A DNA stretch of 64,000 nt from Flavobacteriales bacterium (GCA_038131955.1 JAYPQK010000002.1:267851-331850), one strand, 5' to 3'. Counted from the stretch's first letter, positions 27,027-37,685 are shown. The notes: generated from the sequence alone by a model not told the origin. Program-made: numbers and translations.

Positions 27027-27824
27027 CTATCTTCTCTCTTCCAGATGTCGACGTTCTCGATCGAAACGAGCGCCGTCACTTCGGAGCTTTCCAAAATCTA
27101 AGGGAACAAGACCTTGGACGCTGTTCACCGTAAATGCGGCATCGGCGTGAAGGATGTGATCCATCTTCAATCGACCTTCATGGACATGTGATAGGTCCAG
27201 CAATACCTTTCTTGCCACACCATCCAAGCAGCCGGCATCAAGCCAAGGAGTGATCAGAGAATCGCCAAACTGAAAGAAGAGATTTCCCGCAATAGATTCG
27301 ACTACCTCGCCAGCTGAATTCAATAAGATCAGGTCGTCCAGTTTGCGTTCATGCGCTTCTTTGGCTGCGAGAACTTGCCAATGCTTAGCGATCAACTTAT
27401 AGTTGCCTTCATGAGAAGTTGGAAGCACCGTACTGCCGAGATCGACTGATTTACTGCCAAGGGAATGCATGGGATCTCCATCGAGTGGGAACCATTGAGC
27501 GACCACTCCAACCTCATCACCTTCAGGTAAATAGCGGCCTTGTCCTTGCCTAAAGAAGGTCAACCTCAATCGTGCCAAAGGCTCGCGCTCTTCCATCCAT
27601 ATCGCTTGGACTGCGCTCTCTACCAAGTCAAGATCGATCGGATCCATCCGCAGAAACTTGATCGCCCTGGAGACCCTCTGCTTTCGAATATCCCAGTACG
27701 TCAGCTCCCCATCCTTCACCAGCAGGGTCTCAAAAAAACCATCGCCATAGAGAAAGCCTCTGTTGGAAGCAGAGATCATAGGCTCTGAACTAAACCGTTC
27801 CTTGACTAGCACATACTCTCTCAC
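27027..27824 (-). CDS. class IV aminotransferase-fold protein (aminodeoxychorismate lyase-like)
   Basis: SNRGFLYGDGFFETLLV near the N-terminus, with NYKLIAKHWQVLAAKEA at the position of the catalytic-lysine region. 265 aa. Confidence 0.8.
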   Translation of the reverse strand: MREYVLVKERFSSEPMISASNRGFLYGDGFFETLLVKDGELTYWDIRKQRVSRAIKFLRMDPIDLDLVESAVQAIWMEEREPLARLRLTFFRQGQGRYLPEGDEVGVVAQWFPLDGDPMHSLGSKSVDLGSTVLPTSHEGNYKLIAKHWQVLAAKEAHERKLDDLILLNSAGEVVESIAGNLFFQFGDSLITPWLDAGCLDGVARKVLLDLSHVHEGRLKMDHILHADAAFTVNSVQGLVPLDFGKLRSDGARFDRERRHLEERR

Positions 27825-27827
27825 TTT

Positions 27828-28424
27828 CTAGAAAAATCGAAGGATCAACTGGGGTTCTAATATGACGGTGTAAACCACGCCGAAGATCGCGCCGAAATAA
27901 TGCGCTGAATGGGCGATGTTACTCTTGCTGTTCTTATCGAGGTAGTACTCAAGTCCTAGATAACCTAAGCCGAAGATCCAAGCTGGAATATCGATCGGCA
28001 CGAAGAATAATCGTAGTGGTGCTGTTGGCGCTATGACAATGAATGAGTAAACAACAGCACTAACGGCTCCAGACGCTCCAACGGCATGATAGGCGTAATT
28101 CGTTCGGTTACGAGCATATCCAGGAACCGTACTGAAGAGGATTCCTCCGAGGTATAGCAGCAGAAAATAGAGGATCCATTTCTCAGGAAACAAAGAAGCA
28201 TAGGCTCCTTCGACGAATCGCCCGAACTGATAGAGTACGAACATATTGATCACGAGATGCCCCCAGTCCGCGTGCAGAAAAGCGTGAGATAGGAATCTAT
28301 ACCACTCCTTGTTGCGCTCGATCATATACGGCTGAAAGTCCAGCTTGTAGAAGATGTCGCGGTTATTGAAGGCCGTAATACTGAAGATCACGCAAGCTAT
28401 CAGTAAAAACAGAGTTATACTCAT
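27828..28424 (-). CDS. rhomboid-family intramembrane serine protease
   Basis: HADWGHLVINM and GASGAVSAV (catalytic Ser motif), plus a downstream AHSAHYFG histidine. Six hydrophobic segments. Confidence 0.9.
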   Translation of the reverse strand: MSITLFLLIACVIFSITAFNNRDIFYKLDFQPYMIERNKEWYRFLSHAFLHADWGHLVINMFVLYQFGRFVEGAYASLFPEKWILYFLLLYLGGILFSTVPGYARNRTNYAYHAVGASGAVSAVVYSFIVIAPTAPLRLFFVPIDIPAWIFGLGYLGLEYYLDKNSKSNIAHSAHYFGAIFGVVYTVILEPQLILRFF

Positions 28425-29938
28425 ACTTCGGCCGTAAATGATTGCTGCATGGATGCTCCGATCTGCTCAATGATATCACTCGCTATAAGGCCGTGCATGC
28501 CGGTCTTATTGAGAGCGAGGTCTCCTGCCAAACCGTGAACGTACGCCGCGCAGATCGTCGCCACCAAGGGATCGCTGACTTGAGCAAGAAAAGAGGTCAC
28601 CATGCCCGTCAGTACATCCCCGCTGCCCGCAGTAGCCATTCCGGGATTACCGGTAGAATTAATGTAAACTCGACCATCTGGCGTGGCCAAAGCTGAGTTT
28701 GCGCCTTTCAACAAGATCAGCACTCCATACTTCATCGCGCTATCCTTCAACAGCGAAAGGCGATCAAAGGAGTTAGAGGACTTTCCAAACATGCGCTCAA
28801 ACTCTCCTACGTGAGGCGTTAAAACGCTATTCTTAGGTAGAAGCTTTAGGTAGTCTTTGCTCTCTGCTAACAGGTTAAGCGCGTCCGCATCCAGCACCAA
28901 AGGAGCCTTGGCAGTCTGAAGCAAGGTCTTGAGTAGCCTACGCGTCTTCTTCGAAGTGCCAATGCCAGGGCCAATGCCTATCGATGAATACGCAGAGATA
29001 TCGGGCAATTCACCGACAAACTCATCGTAATCATCCACGGTACACATCGCTTCAGGTAGTGATTGTTGCATGATGGCATACCCACTATGAGGAACGTGCA
29101 TGGTCAACTTGCCGATTCCGGATCGCATAGCAGAACGGCCTGCTAAAACTGCCGCTCCCATACTTCCGTACTTACCAGCAATGATCAACCCATGCCCGAA
29201 TTTGCCTTTGTGATCAAACGAATCACGCGCAAAAAGCGAAGCATATTCGCGAATATCATCGACATAAAAGAGGTTTGCCGGAGCGGTGTTCAAGTACAAC
29301 GGATCAAGGCCGATATCGATGACCTCCCAGCGACCTATGAACTCTTGATTCTCAGCCACGAAGAAGGATAATTTAGGAACCTGAAAGGTCAAGGTGGTCG
29401 TAGCTGCGATCACACTAGAGTCCTTCGGGGTCTTGCGGTCGCAATACATCCCGGAAGGAAGATCGATGGATACCACATCTGCTATACTGGAGTTGATCTG
29501 CTCAATGCAAAGGGCCGCCAAACCCTCAGCTGGTCTGTTCAAGCCAGAACCAAATAATCCGTCGATGACCACACTTTTGCTCGTGACCGTTGGAAACTGT
29601 TCCTCCTCTAAGATATAGGTCACTTCATGTCCTACGGCCTTCAAGCGATCCAAATTGATCTGAAGGTCTGCTGAAAAACTCTCCGAATAACGTACGATGT
29701 AGGAAGAAACCCGGTAGCCCCTCTCAAGGAGTCTACGGGACATGACTAGGGCATCCCCTCCATTGTTTCCAACACCGGCAAGAACGACGACCGGACGATC
29801 GGTATCATAGTGCTTAACGAACCATTCTACGCAACCATTTGCGGCTCTTTCCATGAGGTCGATGGAGTCGATCGGCTCCGTCTCCATGGTGACTCGATCG
29901 GCTTCGCGTACCTGCTCTCTGGAAAGGATCTTTAGCAT
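28421..29938 (-). CDS. nnr: bifunctional NAD(P)H-hydrate repair enzyme (epimerase/dehydratase)
   Basis: A YjeF_N domain (GVGNNGGDALVM) is followed by a carbohydrate-kinase domain (GNPGMATAGSGDVLTG). The start is taken at MLKILSREQV (ATG 29938) rather than at 30046 as in the track. Confidence 0.9.
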   Translation of the reverse strand: MLKILSREQVREADRVTMETEPIDSIDLMERAANGCVEWFVKHYDTDRPVVVLAGVGNNGGDALVMSRRLLERGYRVSSYIVRYSESFSADLQINLDRLKAVGHEVTYILEEEQFPTVTSKSVVIDGLFGSGLNRPAEGLAALCIEQINSSIADVVSIDLPSGMYCDRKTPKDSSVIAATTTLTFQVPKLSFFVAENQEFIGRWEVIDIGLDPLYLNTAPANLFYVDDIREYASLFARDSFDHKGKFGHGLIIAGKYGSMGAAVLAGRSAMRSGIGKLTMHVPHSGYAIMQQSLPEAMCTVDDYDEFVGELPDISAYSSIGIGPGIGTSKKTRRLLKTLLQTAKAPLVLDADALNLLAESKDYLKLLPKNSVLTPHVGEFERMFGKSSNSFDRLSLLKDSAMKYGVLILLKGANSALATPDGRVYINSTGNPGMATAGSGDVLTGMVTSFLAQVSDPLVATICAAYVHGLAGDLALNKTGMHGLIASDIIEQIGASMQQSFTAEV

Positions 29939-29996
29939 AGAAACAAATGTAAAAAACCCCTCATCGGAATAACGTGCTCGGGAAAGGAATCCGTCA

Positions 29997-30236
29997 TCAA
30001 GGACGGTTGGCGTGCAACTGGAAATGCTCCACAATGTCCATTCCATAAGCTAGGAGACCGTCGTTCATGAACAATACAGGATAAATGAAAACAGGCTCCG
30101 GAGGTGTATCTCCTTCATCATCGACATTGATGACCAAGCACTCGATCCCTTTCCGCTCCAGATAGTCCTTCACATGAGCACATTGGATGCAGTCATTGGA
30201 AATATAGAGCGTGTAGCGCTTGGGTTGGGAGAACAT
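29997..30236 (-). CDS. small glutaredoxin/thioredoxin-fold protein
   Basis: MFSQPKRYTLYISNDCIQCAHVKDYLERKGIE has a CxxC motif in a beta-alpha context. 79 aa from the ATG at 30236. The longer track ORF overlaps the upstream gene. Confidence 0.6.
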   Translation of the reverse strand: MFSQPKRYTLYISNDCIQCAHVKDYLERKGIECLVINVDDEGDTPPEPVFIYPVLFMNDGLLAYGMDIVEHFQLHANRP

Positions 30237-30252
30237 GAACGGATAACGGAGA

Positions 30253-31818
30253 TTACTGTACGACCAGTTCCAGATCCTTGTCGATCTCGGGTTGGAAGGA
30301 ACTCTTTCCAAGGATCTTTACCTCATAAGACATAGGCTCAAACCCTGGAGCTTCTACGTACACCTCAAACTCACCGGGGGGCAAGATGATCACATACCTC
30401 ATGGTCTTGGGATTTGGCGTGTACAGACCAAATAGCTCTCCGTTATTCAACCACGTCACGGAGATATTCGCAGAAGTCACATCAAATCCTTCCTCAGCGC
30501 TGGTGATCAAACCACGAACAACGCTGTACTCGCTCTCCACCTCATTGATCGTGATGCGGTAGACATCATAATCACCATACCCATCCTCGCGAAGCAAAGA
30601 CATGTAACCGTATCGACCTGTACGGGAAATGCGGAAGTTCATGTCATCATCCACGGAATTGATCGGATACCCGATGTTGCGTGGATTCATGAATCGGTTG
30701 CTGTCTGGATTCCACTGGGCCTTGAAGATGTCATAACCGCCCATGGAGAAATGCCCTTTCGAGCTGAAGTACAAATATTTTCCGTCAGGAGAAAGGTTCG
30801 GAAAATCCTCGTCGAGCTCCGTGTTCACGTCAGGACCCGCATTGAAAGGCACGCCCCACGCTCCGGTTGGAACTTTCTTGATGATCCACATGTCAGTACC
30901 TCCATAGCCCCCAGGACGATCACTTACGAAGTAGATGGAGTTGCCATCCTCTGAGAAGGAAGCCGCGATCTCTCGGAACTTGCTGTTCACTTTGTCATCT
31001 AGTGGATGGATGTTTCCGAGTCGGTTATCTGAAAAGTCGCCTTCGAAGATGTCACCACTGATTCCTTCAAAACCCTTCATCAAAAGCATCTTAGCCCCGT
31101 CTCCGGACATACCCACGATCACCTCGCTCTCAGCTGGATCATTCGTAGCGCCCGGCATTGGCACACCATCCGTGTATTCACCGGCTTCGACATTTGAATA
31201 GTAGATATTAGACGCATAGGTTCCATCAGGCTCTAGAGCACTTCCGTCATCTCGCTTGGAGGTGTAGGCAATGAATCGCTCGTCTGTAGTAACAAAGGGG
31301 AAGTAATCGGGATACTCGCTGTTGATGTGAGGACCCAAGTTCTCGAACGTGCAGTCCTTAGGGAACTTCATCAATTCGTAGGCGTTCTCGCAATACTCGA
31401 TTTGCAGCTCAGCGTCGTCTATCGTGAATTCAGAACCGAGGTCACGAAACTCGATGAACTTGTTGAACATATCAATCGCACGGTCGAACTGAAAATCACT
31501 TTGATAAGCCTGTCCCATTAGGTAGTAGACCGTCGAAGCTTCCTCGTCGTAGAATATGACTTTTTCGAAATACGGAATGGACTTGATCTTCTCAAAGTCT
31601 GAGTTCAAATAGCAAAGTCCAGTATTGTAGTTGTACTTGAGATCTTCCGGTTCCATCCGAAGAAGCGCCAAGTACTGATTGAGAGCTGCTTTGTAGTTCT
31701 CATTGAAGAAATACTCATCCGCCATTCCCTCATCGCCCTCGATCACATCTCCGTCTTGAGCCAAAGCCACAGGTAGCATGGCCATGATCAAGCACATCAA
31801 AAGAAGCAGTCTTTTCAT
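30253..31818 (-). CDS. exported TPR plus PD40/TolB-like beta-propeller repeat protein
   Basis: Signal peptide, then an N-terminal TPR-like helix region. It has repeated PD40-type segments (FPFVTTDERFIAYTS, ASFSEDGNSIYFVSDR, PNLSPDGKYLYFSS). The C-terminus is a small beta-sandwich (YVIILPPGEFEVYVEAPGF). Confidence 0.8.
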   Translation of the reverse strand: MKRLLLLMCLIMAMLPVALAQDGDVIEGDEGMADEYFFNENYKAALNQYLALLRMEPEDLKYNYNTGLCYLNSDFEKIKSIPYFEKVIFYDEEASTVYYLMGQAYQSDFQFDRAIDMFNKFIEFRDLGSEFTIDDAELQIEYCENAYELMKFPKDCTFENLGPHINSEYPDYFPFVTTDERFIAYTSKRDDGSALEPDGTYASNIYYSNVEAGEYTDGVPMPGATNDPAESEVIVGMSGDGAKMLLMKGFEGISGDIFEGDFSDNRLGNIHPLDDKVNSKFREIAASFSEDGNSIYFVSDRPGGYGGTDMWIIKKVPTGAWGVPFNAGPDVNTELDEDFPNLSPDGKYLYFSSKGHFSMGGYDIFKAQWNPDSNRFMNPRNIGYPINSVDDDMNFRISRTGRYGYMSLLREDGYGDYDVYRITINEVESEYSVVRGLITSAEEGFDVTSANISVTWLNNGELFGLYTPNPKTMRYVIILPPGEFEVYVEAPGFEPMSYEVKILGKSSFQPEIDKDLELVVQ

Positions 31819-31871
31819 AATGGGTCTTCCGCGATCCGAATTTAAGAAAGCCCTACAAAGGAAGTTGAAAT

Positions 31872-32300
31872 TTATGAACTATGGTCGGCGATGATGACCC
31901 AATTGCCATCCACCTTTCTCCAGACCAGTGTAAATCGGCCCTGTAGCGTATCATTCGTACGATACAGCCACCACTCTCCGGTACTAAATGCTGCTCCCGG
32001 GGTGACCAATTCGATGTGCAAGTCCTCAAATTTCAATTCGCCCATTGCGGCTTTGGAAGGATAAGACTTCAAATAGCGTTCCAAGGCGTCATCCCAGCCC
32101 ATGGTCTTGTTCTTACCTCCAGTGAAAATGAGCCCCTCAGAGCGATGGTATCCCTGCATATACCCTTCGATATCACCTTCATTCCAAGCCTCAACTTGTT
32201 CTTCGAGCACCGAGCGAATGGCCAATACTTCGGTTTCTGTTTGCGGCGTGCAGGCCTGAACAACCAACAGTATAAGCACTAACACACTAGATCTCCACAT
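31872..32300 (-). CDS. SnoaL/DUF4440-like (NTF2-fold) exported protein
   Basis: VEAWNEGDIEGYMQGY ... FTLVWRKVDGNWVIIADHSS. Signal peptide present. Confidence 0.75.
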   Translation of the reverse strand: MWRSSVLVLILLVVQACTPQTETEVLAIRSVLEEQVEAWNEGDIEGYMQGYHRSEGLIFTGGKNKTMGWDDALERYLKSYPSKAAMGELKFEDLHIELVTPGAAFSTGEWWLYRTNDTLQGRFTLVWRKVDGNWVIIADHSS

Positions 32301-32736
32301 CCGCTTTCAAGATTTGCCAGGTGTGATCACCTAAAAGTTTCACCGCTGAAAGGTATTCCCAATTCGGTCTGCTTCGACCCCAGTCGTGCTCGGAAAGCAT
32401 ACTGAGCTGATAGCTTCCGTCCTCCTTCTGATACAAGTGATAGGTGTGTCCCACGATCGGCTGAAAACCGATCTTCGATTCGTAGATCTTCTCCGAAACT
32501 TGCTTCCTTTTCTCTAGCTCACGAATCTGCCCTGCCAACAGGTCGACCTGTTGCTTGATCTGAGCCAGCTGCTGATCCGTCTGCTCGTACATGGCCGCTA
32601 GTGCTCTACCCTTGATCTTTCCCTTGTCCTCAGGCTTGATCAACGCACTACCTACGTGATGGGCATACTCAAGCAACCCGGGAGATTCGCTCACCTTGTC
32701 AGGATCAATTGGATTTTTAACGGAATCGTCTGCCAT
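32287..32736 (-). CDS. conserved hypothetical protein with a central coiled coil
   Basis: 149-aa ORF with good coding appearance. It overlaps the downstream gene by 14 nt. I cannot assign a family confidently. Confidence 0.65.
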   Translation of the reverse strand: MADDSVKNPIDPDKVSESPGLLEYAHHVGSALIKPEDKGKIKGRALAAMYEQTDQQLAQIKQQVDLLAGQIRELEKRKQVSEKIYESKIGFQPIVGHTYHLYQKEDGSYQLSMLSEHDWGRSRPNWEYLSAVKLLGDHTWQILKADVEI

Positions 32737-32770
32737 GTCACCAAAGGTAACAAGCGCACCCGTGGAGGGT

Positions 32771-35700
32771 TTAGCGGATGAGTGAAAAACTGCCCTGAAC
32801 TTCGCGTTCCTTGTCGTCAGAAGTCATGAATCGGATCACGTAGACATACGTGCCTATAGGAGCGTACTTATTGCTGTTGGGCATTAATCCGTCCCAGCGA
32901 TAGTTCATATTATCTCCTTCAAACATGGTCTCTCCCCATCGGTTGAACACGGTGATCTCGAACTTCTTGCCTTCATTCAAGCCTTCGACGAACCAGAAGT
33001 CATTATCTCCGTCGCCATTGGGAGTAAACGAATTTGGAATGTACAGCGTCGTGATCGGATTGATGACCAGATACCACTGCTCTCCTTGGAAGAATCCGCT
33101 GCCCGTCACATCCGTGGATCCAGCAATCCTTGAAACAGGTCTCCTTGCCGTATCGGCACATCCCCACTCGTTCCACACCACTTGTTGCACAGGATACTCT
33201 CCTGACTGCTGATAGGTATGGACCGGTGCAAAATCTTCTGATAAGGCTCCGTCTCCGAAGGACCACCACCACTTCACGCCATAACGAGAAGCGTTGACGA
33301 ACTCGACTTCCGGGTTGTACATGTTGTACGACAACTCTGCAAGGTCAAAAGCCGCGATGGGCGCAGGAAGGACGGTGATCGCAGATTCTTGATTCGACAC
33401 ATTCCTACATCCCAACTCACTTATCGCTACCAAGCGAATCGAATGCTCGGTTGGAATGATGGTATCGTTCTCAATGATGAAGTCCGGGTCAGAAGCGATG
33501 GAAAAGAGAGAGTCGTTGTAATACCACTCATATTCCAGTTGACCGGTGCTGATCGAACTAGTATTCACCAAAGTCACTTTCAATGGTGAGCAGCCCAGAT
33601 CGGGCAGGATCTCAAAACTAGTTTTAGGTGTCGCAGGAATAACAATCTCTTTCTCGACTACATCAACACATCCCTTGTTAGAGCTCGCTTCCAAGGTAAC
33701 GTTGTACATGCCTGGGAGCAGATATGTGTGATACGGGTACTCCTGACTGCTCACTCCCCCATCTCCGAATATCCAGCTAGTTTGACTAATGACACCGTTC
33801 TGCACCTTGGAAGTGTTCGTAAACTTCGATGAATCTTCCGCACAAGCTGGATCAAAGGTGAAGTTCGCCGTCGGCAATGGGAAAATGGAGGCGGTGTTCT
33901 GTCCATAGGTGGTACAACCGTAGTTACTCCATGTACGCAGATACACTTGGATGTCCTCAAATTCGGTCGTCTGATAGATCGGATTCTGAATCGTTTGGGT
34001 ATCGCTGCTGTTGAAGATCCACTGCCAAGCCACGATCTGGTCTCCTCCGGGAGTTACTTGGGCAATGGTGCCCTGGTCGTAGAACGGTAGTGGATCACCC
34101 TCACAAACGTTGTTTTGCCATCCAAAAGCCGTATTCGGCGTTGGATACACGCGGATCGGACGGATGACTGTGTCTTCGCAACCTAGGTTAGATTCAACCG
34201 TCAAGGTCACAAAATGCAGACCTGGTGTAGTGTAATTGTGTTGTGGTGAAGCTGAAAACGCGGAGTCACCATCGCCAAACTCCCACTTGTAGTAGGTCAA
34301 TAAACCACTTTGGTTGAAAGAGGCCTGCGTGAATTGGGTGTTCTGGTTATCGCACACGGTATCCGCAAAGAAGTTGGCCACCGGCAGATAGTACACCTGG
34401 ATGGTCTTTGTAATGCTGTCGACGCAACCACTATCACTAGTCACAATGAGCTGAACGTTCTTTGGGCCAGGGTTACCATAAACATGGGTTGGACCCGGCT
34501 GAGGTGGGTTGGCACCCGTGTAAGTGAAGTTATTTCCATCACCATAATCCCACTCCCATGTCTGAATGTCACCTAAGGCGACAGTGGTACTATCGATCAA
34601 CTGGGACGCGTCGTTGTGACAAACCCCGGGAATATAGAAGTCCGCATCCGGTATCGGGTGAACGGTGATGTTCTTAGTCACCGAGTCTTGACATCCGATC
34701 GAGTCGGTCACCTTGAGTTCTATCGGGTAGATGCCGTAATTATTGTAAACGTGGGAAGGATTGAGACTGTAGTACTCTGCAACGGCATCTGTATCCACAT
34801 CCCACTCCAGACCAGCAATAGGCCAAGTGGTAGCTTGAGATTGATCTTGCAAGGTCACCGCAAATCCTTCGCAGGCATTGGTGTAATTGAAATCGACATC
34901 AGGCAGACCATAGATCTGGATCATGGTATCCACCGTATCAATACAACCCGCATTGGTCTCGATGATCAGACTGACATTGTAGTTTCCAGCTGAACTGTAA
35001 TGGTAAGTTGGGTTTTCTACTGTGTCATTTCCAAGATTATCCCCCATATCCCAATCCCAACTGACAACATTCCCGCCCATGGGTAAAAAGGAGTTATCAA
35101 AGAGATAGCTTGAATCAGCATAGCAGTTATTGTCGAAATCTATATGGGCTTGTGCAGGCGGATGGATGTAGATCTCCTTCGTCATGGTATCCGTGCAGCC
35201 ATTGATATCCGTGGCTATCAGGGACACCAGAAAGGTGTCCGCGCTGTTATATATGTGCCAGGGGTTGGTGTCATTGAGGATTGTGCCATCTCCCATGTCC
35301 CAATAGAAGGTGTCGAGGTTCGAAAAGGCATTGGCTCCGGCGCAGCCGCTGGTGTCAATGAAAAAGAACTGGGCCGAGTCACCGAAACAGACGTTATGAT
35401 TCTCGATCTGGTAGTCTACATACAACTCGTAGTTGAAGTCCAAATACCGAGCATTTGCCTGACTGTAGTTGTAGAATCCAAATAATCCTGGCTCGAAACA
35501 CCCACTCTCATCAAAAATGGTATCGGAATCGATCATAATGACCGCCCGTGTCGGCGTATACAAGAGTTCAAAGTCATAGTAGGTGTAGGCGACCCAACCA
35601 TTGGTGGTGCTATAGGCTGTCTGCAGAACATTAAAGTTGGCACTATTGGTATGTACCCAAAAACTTGGGAAAACACTGTTATTGGTTCTCTGGAATGTGC

Positions 35701-36145
35701 CGTCGACCTTGTCTAGGGAGAATCCCTCCTGAGCTACCCACCCCAGATAATTCTGTGTGTTCTTTTTCCAATCAAAGAGATAATACTCGTGATCCATGAA
35801 TTGGGTACCAAACCACGCTTGATCCCAGGTTTCTTTGAAACCAAATACAAAGCCCACGTAGTCATCATCTGAATAATCCTCCACTCGGAAAGTTCCGGTC
35901 ACGCGAACATTGATCAATGTATCAGGCCCCACGAACATGCGAGGGAAGTTGGTATTGTACTGGCTGAGTAGCTGACTTCCACTGCTTTGAATCGTCCAAC
36001 CATTTGAACCTGTGTAGGTGGAGTCACCCGTTCTTCTCCAAGTATTGAAATCCACAGACTGGACGCACTGGGCATCCACCTCGACAGACGCCAGCCAGAC
36101 GAGAACAGACAGCAAGGAAAAAGAAAAGAAATTCTTCAGGTTCAT
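32771..36145 (-). CDS. very large secreted protein: about nine PKD-like repeats plus a T9SS type B (gliding-motility-associated) C-terminal domain
   Basis: Signal peptide MNLKNFFSFSLLSVLVWLASVEVDAQ. It has recurrent WxFGDG...HxY PKD signatures (WEFGDGDSAF..HNY, WIFGDGGVSS..HTY, WSFGDGALSE..HTY and others). The C-terminus LYIPNSFTPNGDGDNDFW...VFNRWGETMF...WDG....GTYVYVI is the type B CTD. Confidence 0.9.
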   Translation of the reverse strand: MNLKNFFSFSLLSVLVWLASVEVDAQCVQSVDFNTWRRTGDSTYTGSNGWTIQSSGSQLLSQYNTNFPRMFVGPDTLINVRVTGTFRVEDYSDDDYVGFVFGFKETWDQAWFGTQFMDHEYYLFDWKKNTQNYLGWVAQEGFSLDKVDGTFQRTNNSVFPSFWVHTNSANFNVLQTAYSTTNGWVAYTYYDFELLYTPTRAVIMIDSDTIFDESGCFEPGLFGFYNYSQANARYLDFNYELYVDYQIENHNVCFGDSAQFFFIDTSGCAGANAFSNLDTFYWDMGDGTILNDTNPWHIYNSADTFLVSLIATDINGCTDTMTKEIYIHPPAQAHIDFDNNCYADSSYLFDNSFLPMGGNVVSWDWDMGDNLGNDTVENPTYHYSSAGNYNVSLIIETNAGCIDTVDTMIQIYGLPDVDFNYTNACEGFAVTLQDQSQATTWPIAGLEWDVDTDAVAEYYSLNPSHVYNNYGIYPIELKVTDSIGCQDSVTKNITVHPIPDADFYIPGVCHNDASQLIDSTTVALGDIQTWEWDYGDGNNFTYTGANPPQPGPTHVYGNPGPKNVQLIVTSDSGCVDSITKTIQVYYLPVANFFADTVCDNQNTQFTQASFNQSGLLTYYKWEFGDGDSAFSASPQHNYTTPGLHFVTLTVESNLGCEDTVIRPIRVYPTPNTAFGWQNNVCEGDPLPFYDQGTIAQVTPGGDQIVAWQWIFNSSDTQTIQNPIYQTTEFEDIQVYLRTWSNYGCTTYGQNTASIFPLPTANFTFDPACAEDSSKFTNTSKVQNGVISQTSWIFGDGGVSSQEYPYHTYLLPGMYNVTLEASSNKGCVDVVEKEIVIPATPKTSFEILPDLGCSPLKVTLVNTSSISTGQLEYEWYYNDSLFSIASDPDFIIENDTIIPTEHSIRLVAISELGCRNVSNQESAITVLPAPIAAFDLAELSYNMYNPEVEFVNASRYGVKWWWSFGDGALSEDFAPVHTYQQSGEYPVQQVVWNEWGCADTARRPVSRIAGSTDVTGSGFFQGEQWYLVINPITTLYIPNSFTPNGDGDNDFWFVEGLNEGKKFEITVFNRWGETMFEGDNMNYRWDGLMPNSNKYAPIGTYVYVIRFMTSDDKEREVQGSFSLIR

Positions 36146-36233
36146 TTGATGGAATTCAAATATAGCACCTCGGTTTATTTCAGAACGCAAGAGAAGTGCA
36201 TTGGTTGGCTCAGAACTATAATTTGTCGATAGA

Positions 36234-37649
36234 TTACTTCAATCCGTACTTATCGATCAAATAAACCAAAGCTGCAATAGACGCTGTACCTAACTCCAAT
36301 TCTCGCTTATTGACTTGATCGAAGGTGTCATTCTCCGAGTGATGGTGATCAAAGTAGCGCTGACTGTCCGGTACGAATCCAATGAGCACATTCTCCTCCG
36401 TTTTTAGGGGTCCGATATCTGCTCCACTTCCACCCTCTTCTACTTGATGAATGCCATACTTCTCCAAGATGGTCTCCCATTCGAGCATCTGCTCTAGAGC
36501 CGTTTCTGAGCCATCCACATGGAAACCTCTCGGCGTGAAGCCTCCCCGATCCGATTCGATGGCAGCAATGTGGGTCTCACCTGACGTCTTTGCCCATTCG
36601 GCGTACTTCTTTCCCCCTCTCAATCCGTTCTCCTCATTCATGAAGAACACCACCCGTACGGTATGCTTAGGTTGATAGTCGATCTTCTTTAGCAACTCTA
36701 ACACACCGAGCGACTGCATCACCCCGGCCCCATCGTCGTGTGCTCCGTGACCGACGTCCCAGCTATCCAAGTGTCCACCCACCACGATCACCTCTTCAGG
36801 GCGCTCTGAACCTTTGATCTCTCCGATCACATTGAAGGATTCTTTGTCAGGCAGGGTCCGGCATGATTGACGCATCATTACCTTCACCTCCTCGCCCTTC
36901 GCAAGCATGGCGCTCAATGTCTCCGCATCCTCCGTACTCACCGCCGCCGCCGGAATGCTATCGATGCCCTCATCGTACTTCATGCTGCCGGTATGGGGGA
37001 AATCATCGATGCGCATATTAAGCGAACGTACCAAGGCTCCCACCGCTCCGTATTTGGCCGCTTCAACGGCACCACCCCAACGATGCTTTACGCAATGTCC
37101 ATAACTGTGGAAGGTGTACAAGTTCTCCGGATTCATCTTCTCATTGAAGAACACAATCTTTCCTTCTACTTTTTCGCGACCAAGCTTTTCAAGATCCTCC
37201 CAAGACTCCACCTCAATGATAGGTGCAAACAATCCATCCTTTGGCGTAGCTACTGAACCTCCCAATGCGAGGATGTTGATCTGTTCGGATTCACCGCTTT
37301 CTGCTCTGTAAAAGGCAATTTCCTTCTCTCCGCGCTGCCATACCGGAACCATGACCGACTGCTTCCAGGTCTTCAAACCCAAACCTTCCATCAATCGAGC
37401 TGAATACTCCACGGCCGAGTCCGCTTGGGGCGAACCACTCAGACGAGGTCCGATCTCCAAGCACATTTCTCCAAGCCACGGATATACATTACTCTCCGTG
37501 AGGGCGAGGCGGTAGAACTCATCTAAGACCTGCTGGTCGTCTAAAAAATCAATGTGGTCAGCTGGCTCAGACTTCGTATTTCTGGCTTCTTGAGCGAATA
37601 GAGACAAAGACAGCAAGCTGATCGTCAAAAGGAGGAATCTTGATTTCAT
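36234..37649 (-). CDS. M28-family aminopeptidase with a PA domain, exported
   Basis: Signal peptide, then VIVVGGHLDSWDVGHGAHDDGAGV and FFMNEENGLRGG (M28 zinc ligands), plus HHSENDTFD. Confidence 0.9.
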   Translation of the reverse strand: MKSRFLLLTISLLSLSLFAQEARNTKSEPADHIDFLDDQQVLDEFYRLALTESNVYPWLGEMCLEIGPRLSGSPQADSAVEYSARLMEGLGLKTWKQSVMVPVWQRGEKEIAFYRAESGESEQINILALGGSVATPKDGLFAPIIEVESWEDLEKLGREKVEGKIVFFNEKMNPENLYTFHSYGHCVKHRWGGAVEAAKYGAVGALVRSLNMRIDDFPHTGSMKYDEGIDSIPAAAVSTEDAETLSAMLAKGEEVKVMMRQSCRTLPDKESFNVIGEIKGSERPEEVIVVGGHLDSWDVGHGAHDDGAGVMQSLGVLELLKKIDYQPKHTVRVVFFMNEENGLRGGKKYAEWAKTSGETHIAAIESDRGGFTPRGFHVDGSETALEQMLEWETILEKYGIHQVEEGGSGADIGPLKTEENVLIGFVPDSQRYFDHHHSENDTFDQVNKRELELGTASIAALVYLIDKYGLK

Positions 37650-37685
37650 GCGCCAAATGTAATCCTTGACGCGAACGACTGCTAC

